64,000 nt of DNA, taken from the sequence record MK250027.1; one strand, 5' to 3'. The notes under the pieces were generated by a model that made no database searches, was not told where the DNA came from, and saw only the letters and a program-made list of their open reading frames with translations. The translations under genes were made by a program, and so were the position numbers. This document shows, one piece after another, positions 1 to 14,719 of this stretch; the stretch's first letter is position 1; each line of letters begins with the position of its first letter.

Positions 1-308
1 ACACTTGTACCGTTTTTTATTACTCTTATTAATTCATTTATATCTTGTAACATAAATACTTTTCCTTCAGGATCAAAGAACTAATCATTATTAACAAATT
101 TTCTGTTTAATAAAATATCTTTTGTCTTTAATGGTAATAATCTTGAAGTAATTTTCTATGCAAATCCAGTGAACTCACCAGGAAGTGTGTATTCACTGAA
201 GAATAAACTACTTCCTGGTGTTCCCTGTTCACCGTCTTTACCTTGTATACCATAAGTGGCAATACCTGGTGCATATGTATCATTATGAAATCTCTAAGAA
301 ATCTGCAT
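1..308 (-). CDS. Partial (runs off window) virion/tail-fibre-like protein with short collagen-like G-X-Y stretch; TAG=Gln
   Basis: Manual translation from ATG at 308: MQISQRFHNDTYAPGIATYGIQGKDGEQGTPGSSLFF..., open to the window edge when TAG is read as Gln. Confidence 0.6.
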
Positions 309-313
309 ACTTT

Positions 314-3300
314 TTATCGCTTATAAATTTTAACTGTTGGATATATATTCTTACCAGTTGTTTCATTAATCACAATAGTTAGAGTATTTAAATTTTCTTT
401 TGTTTCTATATTTGTAGAATAATTTTCATACTTATAATATGTGTTTAAATTAGCTGGTTTTTCAGTTACTATATTTATATTTGAATTTGGTTCTGTGTCT
501 TTTGCATAAAGTTCAACTTCAATATTTGACTATGCATTATAATATACTGATAATGTATGATTTATATAATTTTTCTAACCTGTATATTGAGAATCTTTAA
601 AATAATTCCAATTTTCATTAAATGATTCATTATTTATAAAATGATTAAATATTGCGGATGTTAAATTTATAGTTATAACTGTATTACCTTGATTAATATC
701 AGAAATATTATATGAAGAATCTGAATAATTAACAGATAATATGTCATTCGCAGTAGGATAAACAAATTTATTAATTAATATATAATCATTATGAATAACC
801 ATACAGTGTGAACCTAAGAATGATTTATCATCAATTCCTGTTTTATGTCCATCAATACTTATATAATCATTTTCATTAAGATATTTACGATAATAATTAT
901 TATCCCATGTCGCGCTTAATAATGAACGATTATCTACTAAATAATAATTTTTATTTAATCTCTATAAATTAGTGTCTTCAAATACTTTATTACCTGGATA
1001 ATTCTGTATTCTATTAATATTTTTTATTTTTGTATTAGATTGCAATAAATCAACATTAAGAATATCTCGTAATTCATCATCTATATAAAAATCAACCATA
1101 TTATTCGTATTAGGTGTAAACCATCCGTAATTAAATTTAATCTAATTAGGTATTGATAATGTAAATATTAATGGATTATATTCTTCTGTATTATGTATTA
1201 ATTTAACCTCTGCTTTTTCTGGGATAATATATATATCAATATCATTAGTAAATGTATCAACATATCGTTTTAACTTATCCTTCGGTGTTTCTAATGATAT
1301 TAATTTTGATATATACTTCTTAAAATGTGTTAAATTAGTTCCTGTTATCAATTTCGTGTTAGTTAATAAGTTTGTTTTATCATTTTTATATGATATAATA
1401 AACTAATCACTATTAAGAATATTTGATAATTTTATATTGTTAACATTATTTACATTATTTTGTTTCTTTATAGTTAATCCTAATTTATTTTCATTTAATG
1501 TTATTAATTTCGGATTTAATACATTTGTTATATTTAAATGCTAACTTATATTTTTTCCTATAGTTGTAGTACGTCTTATAACATTTTCAAGGATCTATTT
1601 AGCTGTATGATTATATTCACCATCTGCCTTTGTAATAATATACGCATGACTATTACTTGATATTGAATTTACATGAGTTAATGTACCTGGATAATCAATA
1701 TACTCATAATTTGTTAATACACCAATATCATTATAATTATTAACAGAAACATATTCATTACAATCAACTGAATTTTCCATATTAAATGAAACAAACTATG
1801 GTGAATTAGTTGATAATGTTGTATTTACTATCGGTACATCATACTATGTAAATAATGAAGACCATAAATTATGTTCATCTATTAATGACATTAATTGTTT
1901 ATGAAAATTATTCTTCTTATGAGCATGAATACCATTATTCATACAGTTAAGTGTCCTGAAATCAATATCATATGGTGCGTTAAGAACTGCATAATCAGCA
2001 TAACTCTAATATTCATTTGTTGTAACATTCTTTATGTTAGATGTGCCTTCATGTGCATAATCAATATAGAACTAATGATTAATCAATAAGATGAACCTTT
2101 CTTTTAACGATATATAAATCTCATTAGTTTTTGATAAATCATAATCGGTTAAAACAAATGCTTCAAACCCTGAATAATCTTCAAGATGAATATAACTATT
2201 AACAACCTTTGTATTTAACTTAATATTAAATTTAATACCGGAAAATATAAACTCAAGACTTTTAATATTAGAATTATAATATACAGATGCTGTATCAATA
2301 TTAGTATTATCTATCAATAATTTTTTAATGGAATGCTGTACAGAACCATTTAATATACTTTCCTTATATGTAATTGATTCATTATTAATATACAATATAT
2401 TATCTACTTTATTAGTTACATATTGATTTGTATCATAATCTGCTACATTATAAGTATTTTCACAGAAATTACCATTAAATTCATAATTTTCATTTAATGT
2501 ATTAACATCTAATATGTTATTATTATCATAATATTGTCCATTAGATTTCCATAAACATTGTACAGATGGAACAATAGGATATAATAATTCACTATTACCT
2601 GTATTATTAGGATTTACAAAATAATTATTTGATTTTAATTCTGGAATTACAGTATCATAATTATATTCCTAATATTTTTGTTTGTCTGCTATTTTTAATT
2701 TAGTATTTTCTATAACAGATATTGAATTCAAATTATTTACGTTTATAGTTGTACTTATATATGCTGTTTTAGAAGGTGTTATTATAAATGTCGTTCCTTT
2801 AGACACATTTACTTTATTGAATTTAAGTTTACCATCTAAAACTTCATACATCACTCCATGTTGTATTCTATAATCCGTTTCATCTGTTGCAATAGTTTCA
2901 CCTGCCGGAATATCAATATATAAATTATCCTCATTATGTAATGTTCTGCTTAAATCAATAGTTGTATCTATATCTTTAATATTAGTAATACCCATTATAG
3001 CAACTGCGACTTCTGTAGGTTTATACAAATGAATCTTATTAGTTATTAATAACGAAGGATTAATAGTAGAAATCATGCATGTATTTACATCATATGGATT
3101 TGTTATTACGCATAAATCCTATGTTTTATTAATAAACTACTATTGATTATCTAAACTATAATTCTTATAATTATCTGGTTCCCATACATTATTTCTCAAA
3201 TATCCATTTGTAATATTAAATACATTAACTGTATCATAAATACCATTTGTGTTATAAATTAATGGATACTTAATTTTATTAACTAAGTCACTAATATCTG

Positions 3301-6300
3301 TATTAACAGAATATGTATAATTAAGTTCTTTTGTTGATTTAAACTTAACAACATTATTGTAACGCCAACCTAATGTTTCAAAACAATAATTGGAGAATGC
3401 ACAATAATAATTATCAAAATAATCTGATTGATTTGTCAATGCATGCATTTCATAAGTTATATTACTATTAAAATATGAAATAGTATCATCTTTAATATTA
3501 ACAGGATCTTCTGATTCAACATAACAATGTAAATCACTTATATTATTTAAATAATTATGTTCAGAATTATTATCTATATTCTTTATCCAATCATTTTCAT
3601 TATCATCCGGTTGTATATCATTTTCAATATATTTAATACCATTATGTTTAATAAATGAAATACTGTTATTATATTCTTTATTTGTTGTATATAATGATGA
3701 TACAAGACCATTTACTTTATCAAATCCAAAATAATCATAATGAAAATCATCAAACTTTGGTGCTAATATATGTTGAACATACATATTATCATATGATGAA
3801 ATTATAGAAATACTCTTATCATTATAAGATCCAACTTTAATTATATTAGTATTAAATTTCTCAATACATTTTATAATACGATTAATCTGTACATCTAATG
3901 TTGCAGTTATATCATTATATTCCAAATCCTATGAATAAAATGAAATTCTATAGAAATAAGTATTTTCAGAATATCTACATTTCTATTTGGCAACATATGG
4001 ATTTATATTATAATCAGTCTCTAATAATCTATCATCATTTGATGCAATTATTTCATATACAATATGTTCAGTTGTAAACTTATTTGTTTCATATGTATTA
4101 CCAGCATTAGTAACAGAAGATTTAATAGGATAATCCTATGCAATAAATTTAATATGTTCACCACATTCAATAGGTTTATTGAAATGTAATATTATAAAAC
4201 TTTTATCAGTATCTTTATCTATCTTAATTTCTGATGAATCTAATGACATTAAATTTGAGTCTGGAGTATTAGTGACATAATTCTTAAAGAAATTCTTTAA
4301 ATCAATATCAGTCTAAACTCTACCTACATTATTATTTGTTATTGCGAAGAATAATCTATCATAATATTTCTTATCGAATATTACTTTATAAATATTCTCA
4401 TCTCCTTTATAAATATCACCATTTTCATCATATTTAGTTAATACTGTATTTCCTGTACTATTCTTAGAAGAAACAACATAACCATAATTAATGAAATCAT
4501 TTGCAGTTAAATATAATCCAAAATAACGATGCATAGAATATTCTTCCATATCATTATCATCAAACATAAACTCAAGGTTTATAATATTGGAATATATAAG
4601 ATTATGTCTTTCAAAGCCAGCAATAATATAATTATTAAACATTTCTTGTTTATTAGCTATATCTGAATTTAATATTTTAGATCCAAAATATGTTGTCTCT
4701 GACTAATTAACAAGAATGCCTCTATCTACTGATATACCTTTCCATATATTATTGCCTTGTCTATAATAAGGAGAATTCTAATTATAATCCTGTTCAATAA
4801 ATTGCAAATAACATTGTCCATAATTAGACAACATATTCTTATAATTATTAAGATATTGTCCAATAGATGTTGTTGTTCTTAAATCAAATGTCTTTATAAC
4901 CTTTGATTCTTTAATTAATTTCTTTAATTTTTCTGTATCATTAATTCCTTCACCTGAATATGTCTCTTCATTAAATATATCGTCATATCTGAATATCGCG
5001 AAGAATTCTGGTACATTATTTCCTATATGTAATGGCGCGAGAATCTTCATATTTTCAGAATAAAGACTATCTGTATTTGTTTCTGCACCATATTCATACA
5101 TTGTTTCATATTGATCTTTATAATCAGTATAAACCTTATGTGCTTTCAGAGAATTTTCTGGTAATCCAAATAAATTTTTAATAGGAATTTTACTGAATAC
5201 CTTTTTTATATCTCTTGGATAATTACCATCAGATGAAATAGGGTATTTACGAACATTCTTATTATTTAATACAGCATTAGCTTTAAATGTATCAAGATAT
5301 AAGTTATAATCTTTATCTACAACTAATTTAATATTTCCAGATAACTTTGGATTTGCTCTTAATAACATTGATGAATGATGTTGTGTATTAAGTTCATAAC
5401 CTTTATTATCATAATTTGTTAGATGCTTTTCATTTTCATCATTAGTAACTATTAATCGTCCGTTTATTTTATTGCTAGATTTATCAGTAATAGTTAAAAC
5501 AATATCTTCTGATGAGCTAATAGGATAATCATCATCTAAACTTATTGTAAATATACCAGGTTCTATCCTATTTTCAAATATAATATTATTATCTGTTTTA
5601 TTTATGAAATCATTAATATGAACACCATTAATTCTTAAATAATTTTTCAAAGCATTATTCTATAATGTTATAATATAATTTGAAGGAGTTTCTGTTTTTA
5701 CACGAATATTACTTCCATATACAGATATTTTATTTATAACAGACTATGTATTAATATCAGATATTTTTTTATCTTTTAAAACTATCATATCCGGTACTTG
5801 TTCTTTTAATTTATCCTAATCAATTATCAACTAATCTGTAATTTTGTCAACATATGAAATTTCTAAATTTGCTTCAATATCTGTTAAACTTTTATCGGAT
5901 ACTTCTTTTTCTGTATTTGTATAATCATATACATCTGTTAAATAAATATAATTTCCAGATAAAATAGGATATACACCATATCTAGGAATTTGTTTTGTTA
6001 AAGGATTCGCACATTCTTTTGTTTCAATACTATGTCCGTCTTCATCTATGTCTATTTCATAATTATATAATTTTTCATTATTGTTTATATCGTCATTACC
6101 AGTTGCTATTTCATACTTAGGTTTATCTTCATCCGTATTTATTAATACATAACGATGATATATAGCTCTATAAGAACTGTCTATACAACTTATACTCTTT
6201 TCACCTAATGTTATTAATTTTGTGTTATCAGCTATATTACCATTATTAGGATAATCGTTATTATCTTGGACAGGTACACTATAAATTATAGTATCTTTAT

Positions 6301-7645
6301 TATTAATAGTAGTATCATTATACTTATTACATATACGATTACTAAAATTATACATTTCTTTATAATCATTGAAGAATTCGGTTTCATCCTAATCAAAAAA
6401 CACGCTTGAATCAAATCGATTATATATTCTATATGAATTATTATGTGTACAAAAATTCTTGATTATAAAATCATTAATACTAAAGCTATAATTTTCAGCA
6501 TTATTATGATATATTTTTATATTAGTTCTATATGTCTTAAAAGGCTCTTTATCATTATTAAACGTAAATGAGCCGTTAATATTAAAAGTATAAAAATCAT
6601 TCTATGCATCCTTATCAACTTTAGTCGTAATATTTCTATCTTTAATATAAGTATTATATACAGTAGGAGACCAGATAAAAACAGGTTTATAATATATAAA
6701 TTTTAATGGTACTGATTTTTGTTTATATCCTAAATAAGCATTCTAAGAAACAACACATTCTGTATATGCACTAACAGACAATAATGATTTAGGATCTGTA
6801 TATATTGCACTAATTTGAAACCTTAATACATTTCGGTCTTCCTATATAAAATTATCAGGTACATACAATAAATTTGTATGTGGTATTAATGTATTATTAT
6901 CTGTATTATAATCAAATGCTGGTAATAATAATGTATTGTTATTAAGTTTATCATCTTCCCATTTTGGTAAAGTTATATCCTTAATTGCCTCTTGTAATTT
7001 CTGCTCTTCTATATTAATTTTATTATTATTATATAAAATTACGGGTTTAATAATTAATTTAAATGGAAAGTCACCTATATTTTTATCATATAAATTCCAA
7101 TTAGTTAATGAATCATTAATATGTGATTTATTATCGCTCCAATATATTTTAACATTAATCTTATAATTTGCAACATAATGATCATCAATATAACCTCCAT
7201 TAAAATTTGAATTAAATGCACTTGGTAAATCATTACCAATATTTACAAATGTACCTTCATCATATGTAGAATCGTCAGAATGAAATAATAAGTCACTAAA
7301 TATATTATTTGCTATATTTTTATTAACATTAATATTATTTAATGGGAATATATTTCCATAAATTATTTTATTTGAATTTTTCTCTGAATTCTTTCCATAA
7401 AAAGGTAATTTATCAAATTTTGCTGTTAATTCCATTTTAACAGGATATGGTAAATCACTATTTATATTTTCTTTATCTTTAAACTAAAACGAATCAGGGT
7501 CATATACATATCCTAATTTATCTGTATTCATGACAGGAATTGGATATTCTACATCTTCATACCCATTTATTAAAACAGATGAATTAATAACAACATCTCT
7601 CTTATTTGGTGTTAACTTAAATAAATATTTCTTTTCTTTTGCCAT
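314..7645 (-). CDS. Giant (2443 aa) putative virion structural protein; TAG=Gln
   Basis: Track ORFs 575-802, 1142-1351, 1595-1780, 2072-2395, 2669-3076, 3140-3925, 4313-4642, 4778-5650, 5831-6355 and 6842-7435 share one frame. I scanned the gaps and found only TAG, with no TAA/TGA until 314-316. Function inferred from operon context. Confidence 0.8.
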
Positions 7646-7686
7646 TTGTATCCTTAAATCAAATTCGTTTCATTATTTATTAGATG

Positions 7687-7730
7687 AAAAAAGAGATATT
7701 ACTTTTTATATTGAAGTAATATCTCTTTTC
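7687..7730. terminator. Intergenic hairpin / probable terminator
   Basis: AAAAGAGATATTACTT-loop-AAGTAATATCTCTTTT inverted repeat between two minus-strand genes. Confidence 0.6.
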
Positions 7731-7747
7731 ATTAAAATTATTTTTAT

Positions 7748-10003
7748 TTAATCATCTTCTGAAACACTAATATCATAATTAATATAATTAATACTTGCAA
7801 TATCTCCAAGATAACCAACGCTATCAAACTCTTTATCGATAGTATCAACTTTATCCTATAATGATATAGAAGTAATTACTTTTGTTCCTGATGATTCATC
7901 TGTATTCTCATACGCTATATTTTTTGCTATGTGTTTAAAATACAAACCATTAACTGAATTACTATTAGGTATTGTATCATCAAGGTGCGAAGTAACTCCA
8001 GACGAACTTAATGTATTATTAATAGCGATAGTTAACGCATCATCATTTACATCCTTAATTAAATCTGCAATTTCATTTGTTGATGAAAGATTATCAGGAA
8101 ATGATATAATAATAGAATTAGACCAATCTGATCTTAAAGGATTTGTTGGATAACCTGCTTCTGATATTGATCTTACTTTAATCTCTACACGTTCACCTTT
8201 CTAAATAGGTATATCTATTTGATTAATGTTAACTTCCGTGGAATCTGCGACATTCTCAACAACCCATTTATAGCCGTTACCATCATTTACTTTTGTCTTC
8301 ATCTATGACTATGATATATTCCAATCAGAGAATGTACCTGTAACGCTTGAACCTGTATTCTAATCATTATATGTAAATGTATTTAATAATACAGGTGTAT
8401 TATCTTCTTTAACATAACGATATGCAATATCAAATCCTATAATTTCTTCTTGTAATTCAGAATTTCCTATACGTGTTTTCTATACAGGTATAGAAAAGAA
8501 ACCTCTGATTCTATATTTAGGATCTGTTAATAAGGCACCATTTGAACGAACTTCAGACTAAAACGCAGAAACATTACTTGAATAACTAGACTATGCATTC
8601 TATAATTCCAATGTTTGTGTGTTTATTTGCTCCTGTTTCGCGTTATAATCACTGATGTTAGTAATATTCTATAACTCTGATTTTAAGTCCGCTATGGCAG
8701 ATTTAAGGCTATCTATCTTTGTCTTATCATCTGCAATAAGAGCTGCTGTATTCTTAATAGTTGTTGTGTCAATTGCCGCATTAATTTGTGTGTTAACCTA
8801 TACGACTCTCATATCGGATTCTGATAATGTTGGTGCATTTGGTTTCTAACCACTCCATGCGGTAACAGTTCTCTCCTTAGCCTCATCAATCATCTTTGCG
8901 CCCCAATCAACTACATAATTACTGTAATATTCAGATAATGAAGTTGTTGATACATTACCATTATTATCTTCATATAAAAGATTATCAGTATCAACTCTAA
9001 TCGGTGTTGACCATGTATCTCCTTGAAGATTATATGCTTCTGAAATACCTTTTACATATATAATATCATATTCATGTGCACCAACTCTTACAGAAATAAC
9101 TTTACTTCTGAATGGATCTTCATAATAATTAAGTGTCGCATAAACACCTGGCAAAGCCGCTCCTGTAATTCTCTTTAATCTTACCTTACTTGAATTCTAG
9201 TTAATCGCTATAATCTCAAATATTGAATCACTATATGATAACTAATCTCCAATAGATAACACATTATTTTTCCCCTAATCAATACCTTCGTTTGATATTG
9301 TAGAATATGTTATATTATCCAATGTATACCAAACATTACCGTTAATAATATCTGGATCCTATATAATCTAGAAAATTCCTGATTTAGTATTTCTTACTAA
9401 TGGTAGTTGAACAATCTCTTCATCTTCAGAATATGAAATATTATTATTAGCTAATAATGATTTCAATGAAAGATAATCCATACCAGATGTTATTTGATTA
9501 TTATTCCACAATGTTGTAGCTGAATCATCATTAGAATTAAGAATTACCCTTACAACCTTAACTCTATCTGCATCATCTTCTATCTAACCTGTTAAATCAA
9601 TATCGACAGTTAATCCTGGAAACATTAAGTCTTCAAAGAACCAATTAGTATCTAATTTAAATGTAGATGGATCTTGTAAACCTGCAATCTATGTCGGTGT
9701 CTAAGGAATCGAGCTCAACTTAATAGTTCTTCTTGAACCATCGTTAAGATTAATTGTTCCTTTACCAGTTGAAAGTGAATTAAGCGAATCTTCAACAGCT
9801 TTCAACCTATTAACAATCGAAGCATAACTTGGTAATTGATATTTAGAATTTGTTCCCTATGTATCTTGATATTCATAAGTTACGAATGTATCATTAGTTG
9901 TTAAAGATCTTTGCATAGCGGATAATAATGAAAGTTCATTAGTTTGCTATGCAATAGTCTTACGCATATTCTCTGCAAAACTGTTTATATTATTTGTACT
10001 CAT
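7748..10003 (-). CDS. Putative virion structural protein, 751 aa; TAG=Gln
   Basis: ATG 10003 (MSTNNINSFAENMRK...) to TAA 7748 with only in-frame TAGs; includes track ORF 8846-9154. Confidence 0.75.
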
Positions 10004-10016
10004 CTTATATTATCCG

Positions 10017-11897
10017 TTATTTATTTTCTAATTCTTGTATTCTATTATTTAAATCTTGTATATATTTAATCATTAATGGTATCAATGACTCATAATTGAC
10101 AAATGTTGTTCCTCTCTCATTATCATTTGTTTCATCACCTGTTCTATATACTAACTTATCAAATCCAAATCCTTGTAATATATACTAAGGCAAATCAATA
10201 CTTGGATATACATTATTGTTATATGTATAATAATTAACCTAAATACCGTTTATAATATCATTTATATTACCATTATCTGTTGTCCATTCACCTAATGCAG
10301 TATCAGCTTGTGATTCAACATTAAATATAGGTTTATAAACAGAAGGAACATTATAAGTATATTCATCATTCAAAATTTTTATTGGAGGCGTATAAGATGA
10401 ACCTTGATATATAGATGTATTGATAAAATCATTTTTTAAATTATTAAGTTGAATCTTAATAACATTATTGCCATCGCTTGTAGTTGAATCTGTAGACGTG
10501 TCTGTAATAGGTAATATAACATTTGTCTTTACATTCTATGCAATAATACCAGATGTTTTTGAACCATTAAGGTAACCATCTAATTTAGTTTCTAGTTCCT
10601 CTAATTTTTGTTTATTTTCATCTGTTAACTTAAGTGTTGTCATATAAGCATCTTGAATAGCCATTGTTGACTAAACATTAGTATTCATCACATCAATAGC
10701 TCTGTTAAGATTACTAACAACATCAGAAAAATCAACACTATTAATAGAAGACATTGTTGTATTATCCTATATCATCGCATCTGTATTATCATATACAGAT
10801 AAAGTCTTTATATTAACACGGAATGAATAACTATTACCAAAGAAATTTGCCTTATTAGGACCTCCAAATGATTTCTTCTTAGTTAATGTAGGAATCTTAA
10901 TACCTTCTGCTGTACTTTTTGGTGAATCTAAAAATACAATGCCAAAAAGATTTATTGCATATGCTGATTTCGTAGTATCATTCTAATCATAAACACTATA
11001 ATAAAGAAGAATTGCATTAAAACCAAATTCACATGGTTTTGATGTAATATCACAGAATTGATCTTTAAACTAATTATTAGCATCAATATTTACATCATCA
11101 TAAGAATTAATCTATATTTGATTATTTGTGTCATTACAAAAGTTTCTACAGGCAGTTTGTATCTATGTAATATCTTTTACAATTTCATATGCGTCATTCA
11201 ACTGATAATTTGAATTATTAACATTATCATATCTAGGTTTTGTATCACTTAATATTTTTAATGTATCTACATTATTTGTTCTTCCTTGTAAATGTTCATT
11301 ATCACCACAATTATATGTATGTCCATATATATAATTAGTTTCTGCGGAATCCTAAACCTATTTAAAAAATACAGGACCATTACCATAACTAGTTGGAATA
11401 TTAACATATGTTTCATTAAACATACCAAATTCTGTACTTAATGAATTACCTGCATCTATTGCTCCAAAACATTGAACAGTCCTTGTTTTATAATTGTCGT
11501 TATCTCCTTTTTCTCTATAATAAACGTCATTATTCTTTTGATTTCTCTCTAATGTTAATAAATTATTAATATGTCTATTCTCAAATGATTTTAACCAATG
11601 AAAGAAACAACGCTCAGTAACTGTATGGTATTCTTGATAATTATACTTATCATCATTTAATAATCTTGTTTCAAGATTCATCATATAATTCTATAAATCA
11701 GTTGCAATTGCTATTGATTCCTATTTAAGATCTGTATTACCAAACATTCTTGGAAGATTAAGTAAAGCATAATGTGACATTGCAACACCTGTTGCTCGAC
11801 TATTTAAATTCAAACCAATATCTTCATTAGCAGATGGGAAAACATATAATGTTGCACCGTTATCTCTCAACGGTCTTAATAAAGGTGTTCTAATCAT
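10017..11897 (-). CDS. Putative tail/structural protein, 626 aa, C-terminus resembling an intramolecular-chaperone coiled coil; TAG=Gln
   Basis: ATG 11897 (MIRTPLLRPLRDNGATLYVFPSANED) to TAA 10017; ends VNYESLIPLMIKYIQDLNNRIQELENK; includes track ORF 11358-11684. Confidence 0.7.
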
Positions 11898-11915
11898 TTT
11901 CTTTAAAAATTAATT

Positions 11916-12887
11916 TTATTTTCTCTCTATCATAATATCATCTGCTGAACGAACTGAATAATCTAATACATCCCAAGATGATCCATATTCATCATCATTG
12001 GCAATACATTTCAATGTAATTCTATTTAATTCATCCTTTGATATTCTTAAAAATTTATTTTCTTCCCTTGATAATACAACTCTATAAAATGCTTTTGATT
12101 TACTATCATTAAATCTTAATTTAACTATAGAACCAGGAATTCCATTTATAGAAGCAGTATGTTCATCATTTATAGTAACCGTATGATTGTAATCATAATA
12201 AGTATATATAAATCCAGATTTAATATCATTGTATTGATATTTTGGTAAATTCATTCTTTTTAACTAAATAGCTGTTGCAAACAGCATACTCTAATCAAAA
12301 GTAAATGACTAAGGTTCATTCAAACTCTACTCAGATGATTTACTTGCGCCATATAAACCAATATAACCTTGTTCATCAGAATAACTATTACTAAACTATT
12401 TCTTTAAACTATCAACACTACTTATAATCTATTCTAATGTATCAGCCAATGACTAAACGGTTCCATTTCCTAATTCAACACCAATAGCGCCAGAATTATG
12501 TGCATACTTATTCATATCTGAATTAATTTTATCATATGGTACAGTTTTTAATAAGCCACCATCATTATATAAATAACGTCCATTTAATGCATCATGGTTT
12601 ATACCTTCATTATTACTACCACCAGATCTAATAATCTATTCAAGACTTTTTGTATCTTCAACTGAAAACTATTTAGCTGTTATTTTATTAAATACACCAG
12701 TATTAGCCTTTACATAAGATTTCTAATCATCTGTATTATCTATATTAACTTTAATACATTGTTTATTACTATCATATATATTATCTATATAATCAGATAT
12801 TGATTGATTATTCTCATTAATAATTCTTGGAAGCTAACCAATCATTGTTCTTATAGATATATCATTTAATTTCTCTTTTAAACTCAT
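11916..12887 (-). CDS. Hypothetical late protein, 323 aa; TAG=Gln
   Basis: ATG 12887 in frame with track ORF 11916-12254 across about 10 TAG codons. Confidence 0.7.
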
Positions 12888-13146
12888 CTATATCAAATAA
12901 AGATTTTATTTACTTATTTATTTAGAGAAAATCATACATGTCAAAATTAAATTGATTATTTAAAATAAGTTAAATAAAACTTTATTATATTATATATTTT
13001 ACTAAACTTTTCTAATAATGTTTATCTATATATAAAATAAAAAAATGATATAATAAAGAAAAAATTCTAAATTACATCATTTATATTAATTTCAAAAATA
13101 TTTTACATTTTCCAAGGATCTACCTTTCTAAAAATATTATTTAATA

Positions 13147-13542
13147 NNNNNNNNNNNNNNNNNNNNNNNNNNNNNNNNNNNNNNNNNNNNNNNNNNNNNN
13201 NNNNNNNNNNNNNNNNNNNNNNNNNNNNNNNNNNNNNNNNNNNNNNNNNNNNNNNNNNNNNNNNNNNNNNNNNNNNNNNNNNNNNNNNNNNNNNNNNNNN
13301 NNNNNNNNNNNNNNNNNNNNNNNNNNNNNNNNNNNNNNNNNNNNNNNNNNNNNNNNNNNNNNNNNNNNNNNNNNNNNNNNNNNNNNNNNNNNNNNNNNNN
13401 NNNNNNNNNNNNNNNNNNNNNNNNNNNNNNNNNNNNNNNNNNNNNNNNNNNNNNNNNNNNNNNNNNNNNNNNNNNNNNNNNNNNNNNNNNNNNNNNNNNN
13501 NNNNNNNNNNNNNNNNNNNNNNNNNNNNNNNNNNNNNNNNNN
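13147..13542. other. Assembly gap (396 N) in the divergent intergenic region
   Basis: Run of N. Confidence 0.99.
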
Positions 13543-13686
13543 TGAAAAAAGTCTACATTATTTTAAATTATTTTTTAATTATTTTTAATGTAATTTTAAC
13601 TAATAAAATAGACTTTTAATTAAGACTTTAATATAATTATGCTATATAAATATAAGAAGAGAAAATTATACATATATAAAAGTAAA

Positions 13687-14712
13687 ATGAAAGTTGATAT
13701 AACATTTGATAACAAATGGTTTGTTGTCAGTTCAAATTATCTATTTGAACTTAATGTTATACGCAGAGCTTTTACAAGGGAAATTCCAAATGCGTGGATG
13801 TTAAAGAAGATTACTGACATACAAATTACTGATAGAGAATTCATGAACAAATATAATATGATTTCTACTAATTTGTGGTTAGAAATTATTAAGGTTGCTA
13901 AAAAGTTCAATATAGCAATGGAAATGACTCCAGCTGCACAGAATTATTTAAATTAGTTTACATTAAAGTTTGAAGATTTTAAGAGTTATATAGATGATAT
14001 TTTTGAAGGTGCAGAAACAGATGAAGGAAAAGAATTTAGACCATATGATTATCAGATAAAAGCGGCGTATACATTATTAAAATATAAAAAATGTTGTGGA
14101 GAAATTTCTACTTCAGGTGGAAAAACATTAATTTCATTCATGATATTCAAATATTTAATTGATACACAAAATATAGATAATATTTTATATATTGTTCCAT
14201 CAGTTGACTTAGCTAATCAATCTGCTGAACAATATGAACGATATGAGTCTTACCTTAAGAAACATAATCATAATTGGGAAATAGGAATTCTTAGGTCTGG
14301 TTTAACAAAGAAACAAAAAGAAAAAGTCGAATCATGTAATATATTGTTTGGAACTTTTCAAAGTCTTTGTAAACGTAAAAAAGAGTTTTTTGATAGATTT
14401 GAATCATGTATAATAGATGAGTGTTGTCATCCAGATACATTAATAACAATGGCAGATGGAAATAAAAAGAAAATTTCTGATGTTGTAGAAGGCGATAAAG
14501 TATTTACGTATAATGAAAACACAAAGAAAAAAGAAATACATGAAGTTGAGTATGTATATAAAAATTTATCATCACATGATGTAATATATGAATTAGAAAA
14601 AGAGGATGGTACATTTATTAAATTAACAGGTAATCATAAAGTTTTAACAAAAAATAGAGGTTATGTACGTGTTGATGATTTAAATATAGATGATGATATT
14701 TTAGAGTTTTGA
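13687..14712 (+). CDS. uvsW: UvsW-like SF2 DNA helicase, N-terminal half fused to N-intein; one TAG=Gln
   Basis: Reading through TAG 13954 joins the ORFs: FRPYDYQ (Q motif), ISTSGGKT (Walker A), CIIDE then intein start CCHPDTLITMADG; ends at TGA 14710-14712. Confidence 0.85.
14422..14709 (+). mobile_element. Split intein, N-terminal fragment (96 aa)
   Basis: Block A CCHPDTLITMADG, block B IKLTGNHKVLT, followed directly by a stop codon. Confidence 0.9.
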
Positions 14713-14719
14713 TTTTTTA

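Noticed and set aside
7708-7732. MKRDITSI mini-ORF as the start of the giant gene
   Set aside because: It is one arm of the intergenic hairpin and stops after 8 codons; the continuous frame starts at ATG 7645
1895-8849. Plus-strand track ORFs 1895-2089, 2682-2873, 6936-7166, 7530-7751, 7929-8153, 8655-8849
   Set aside because: Antisense shadows of long minus-strand recoded genes
1-12887. Interpretation as many small genes or a pseudogenised region
   Set aside because: All interruptions are TAG in a single frame, never TAA/TGA or frameshifts, which is the signature of recoding rather than decay
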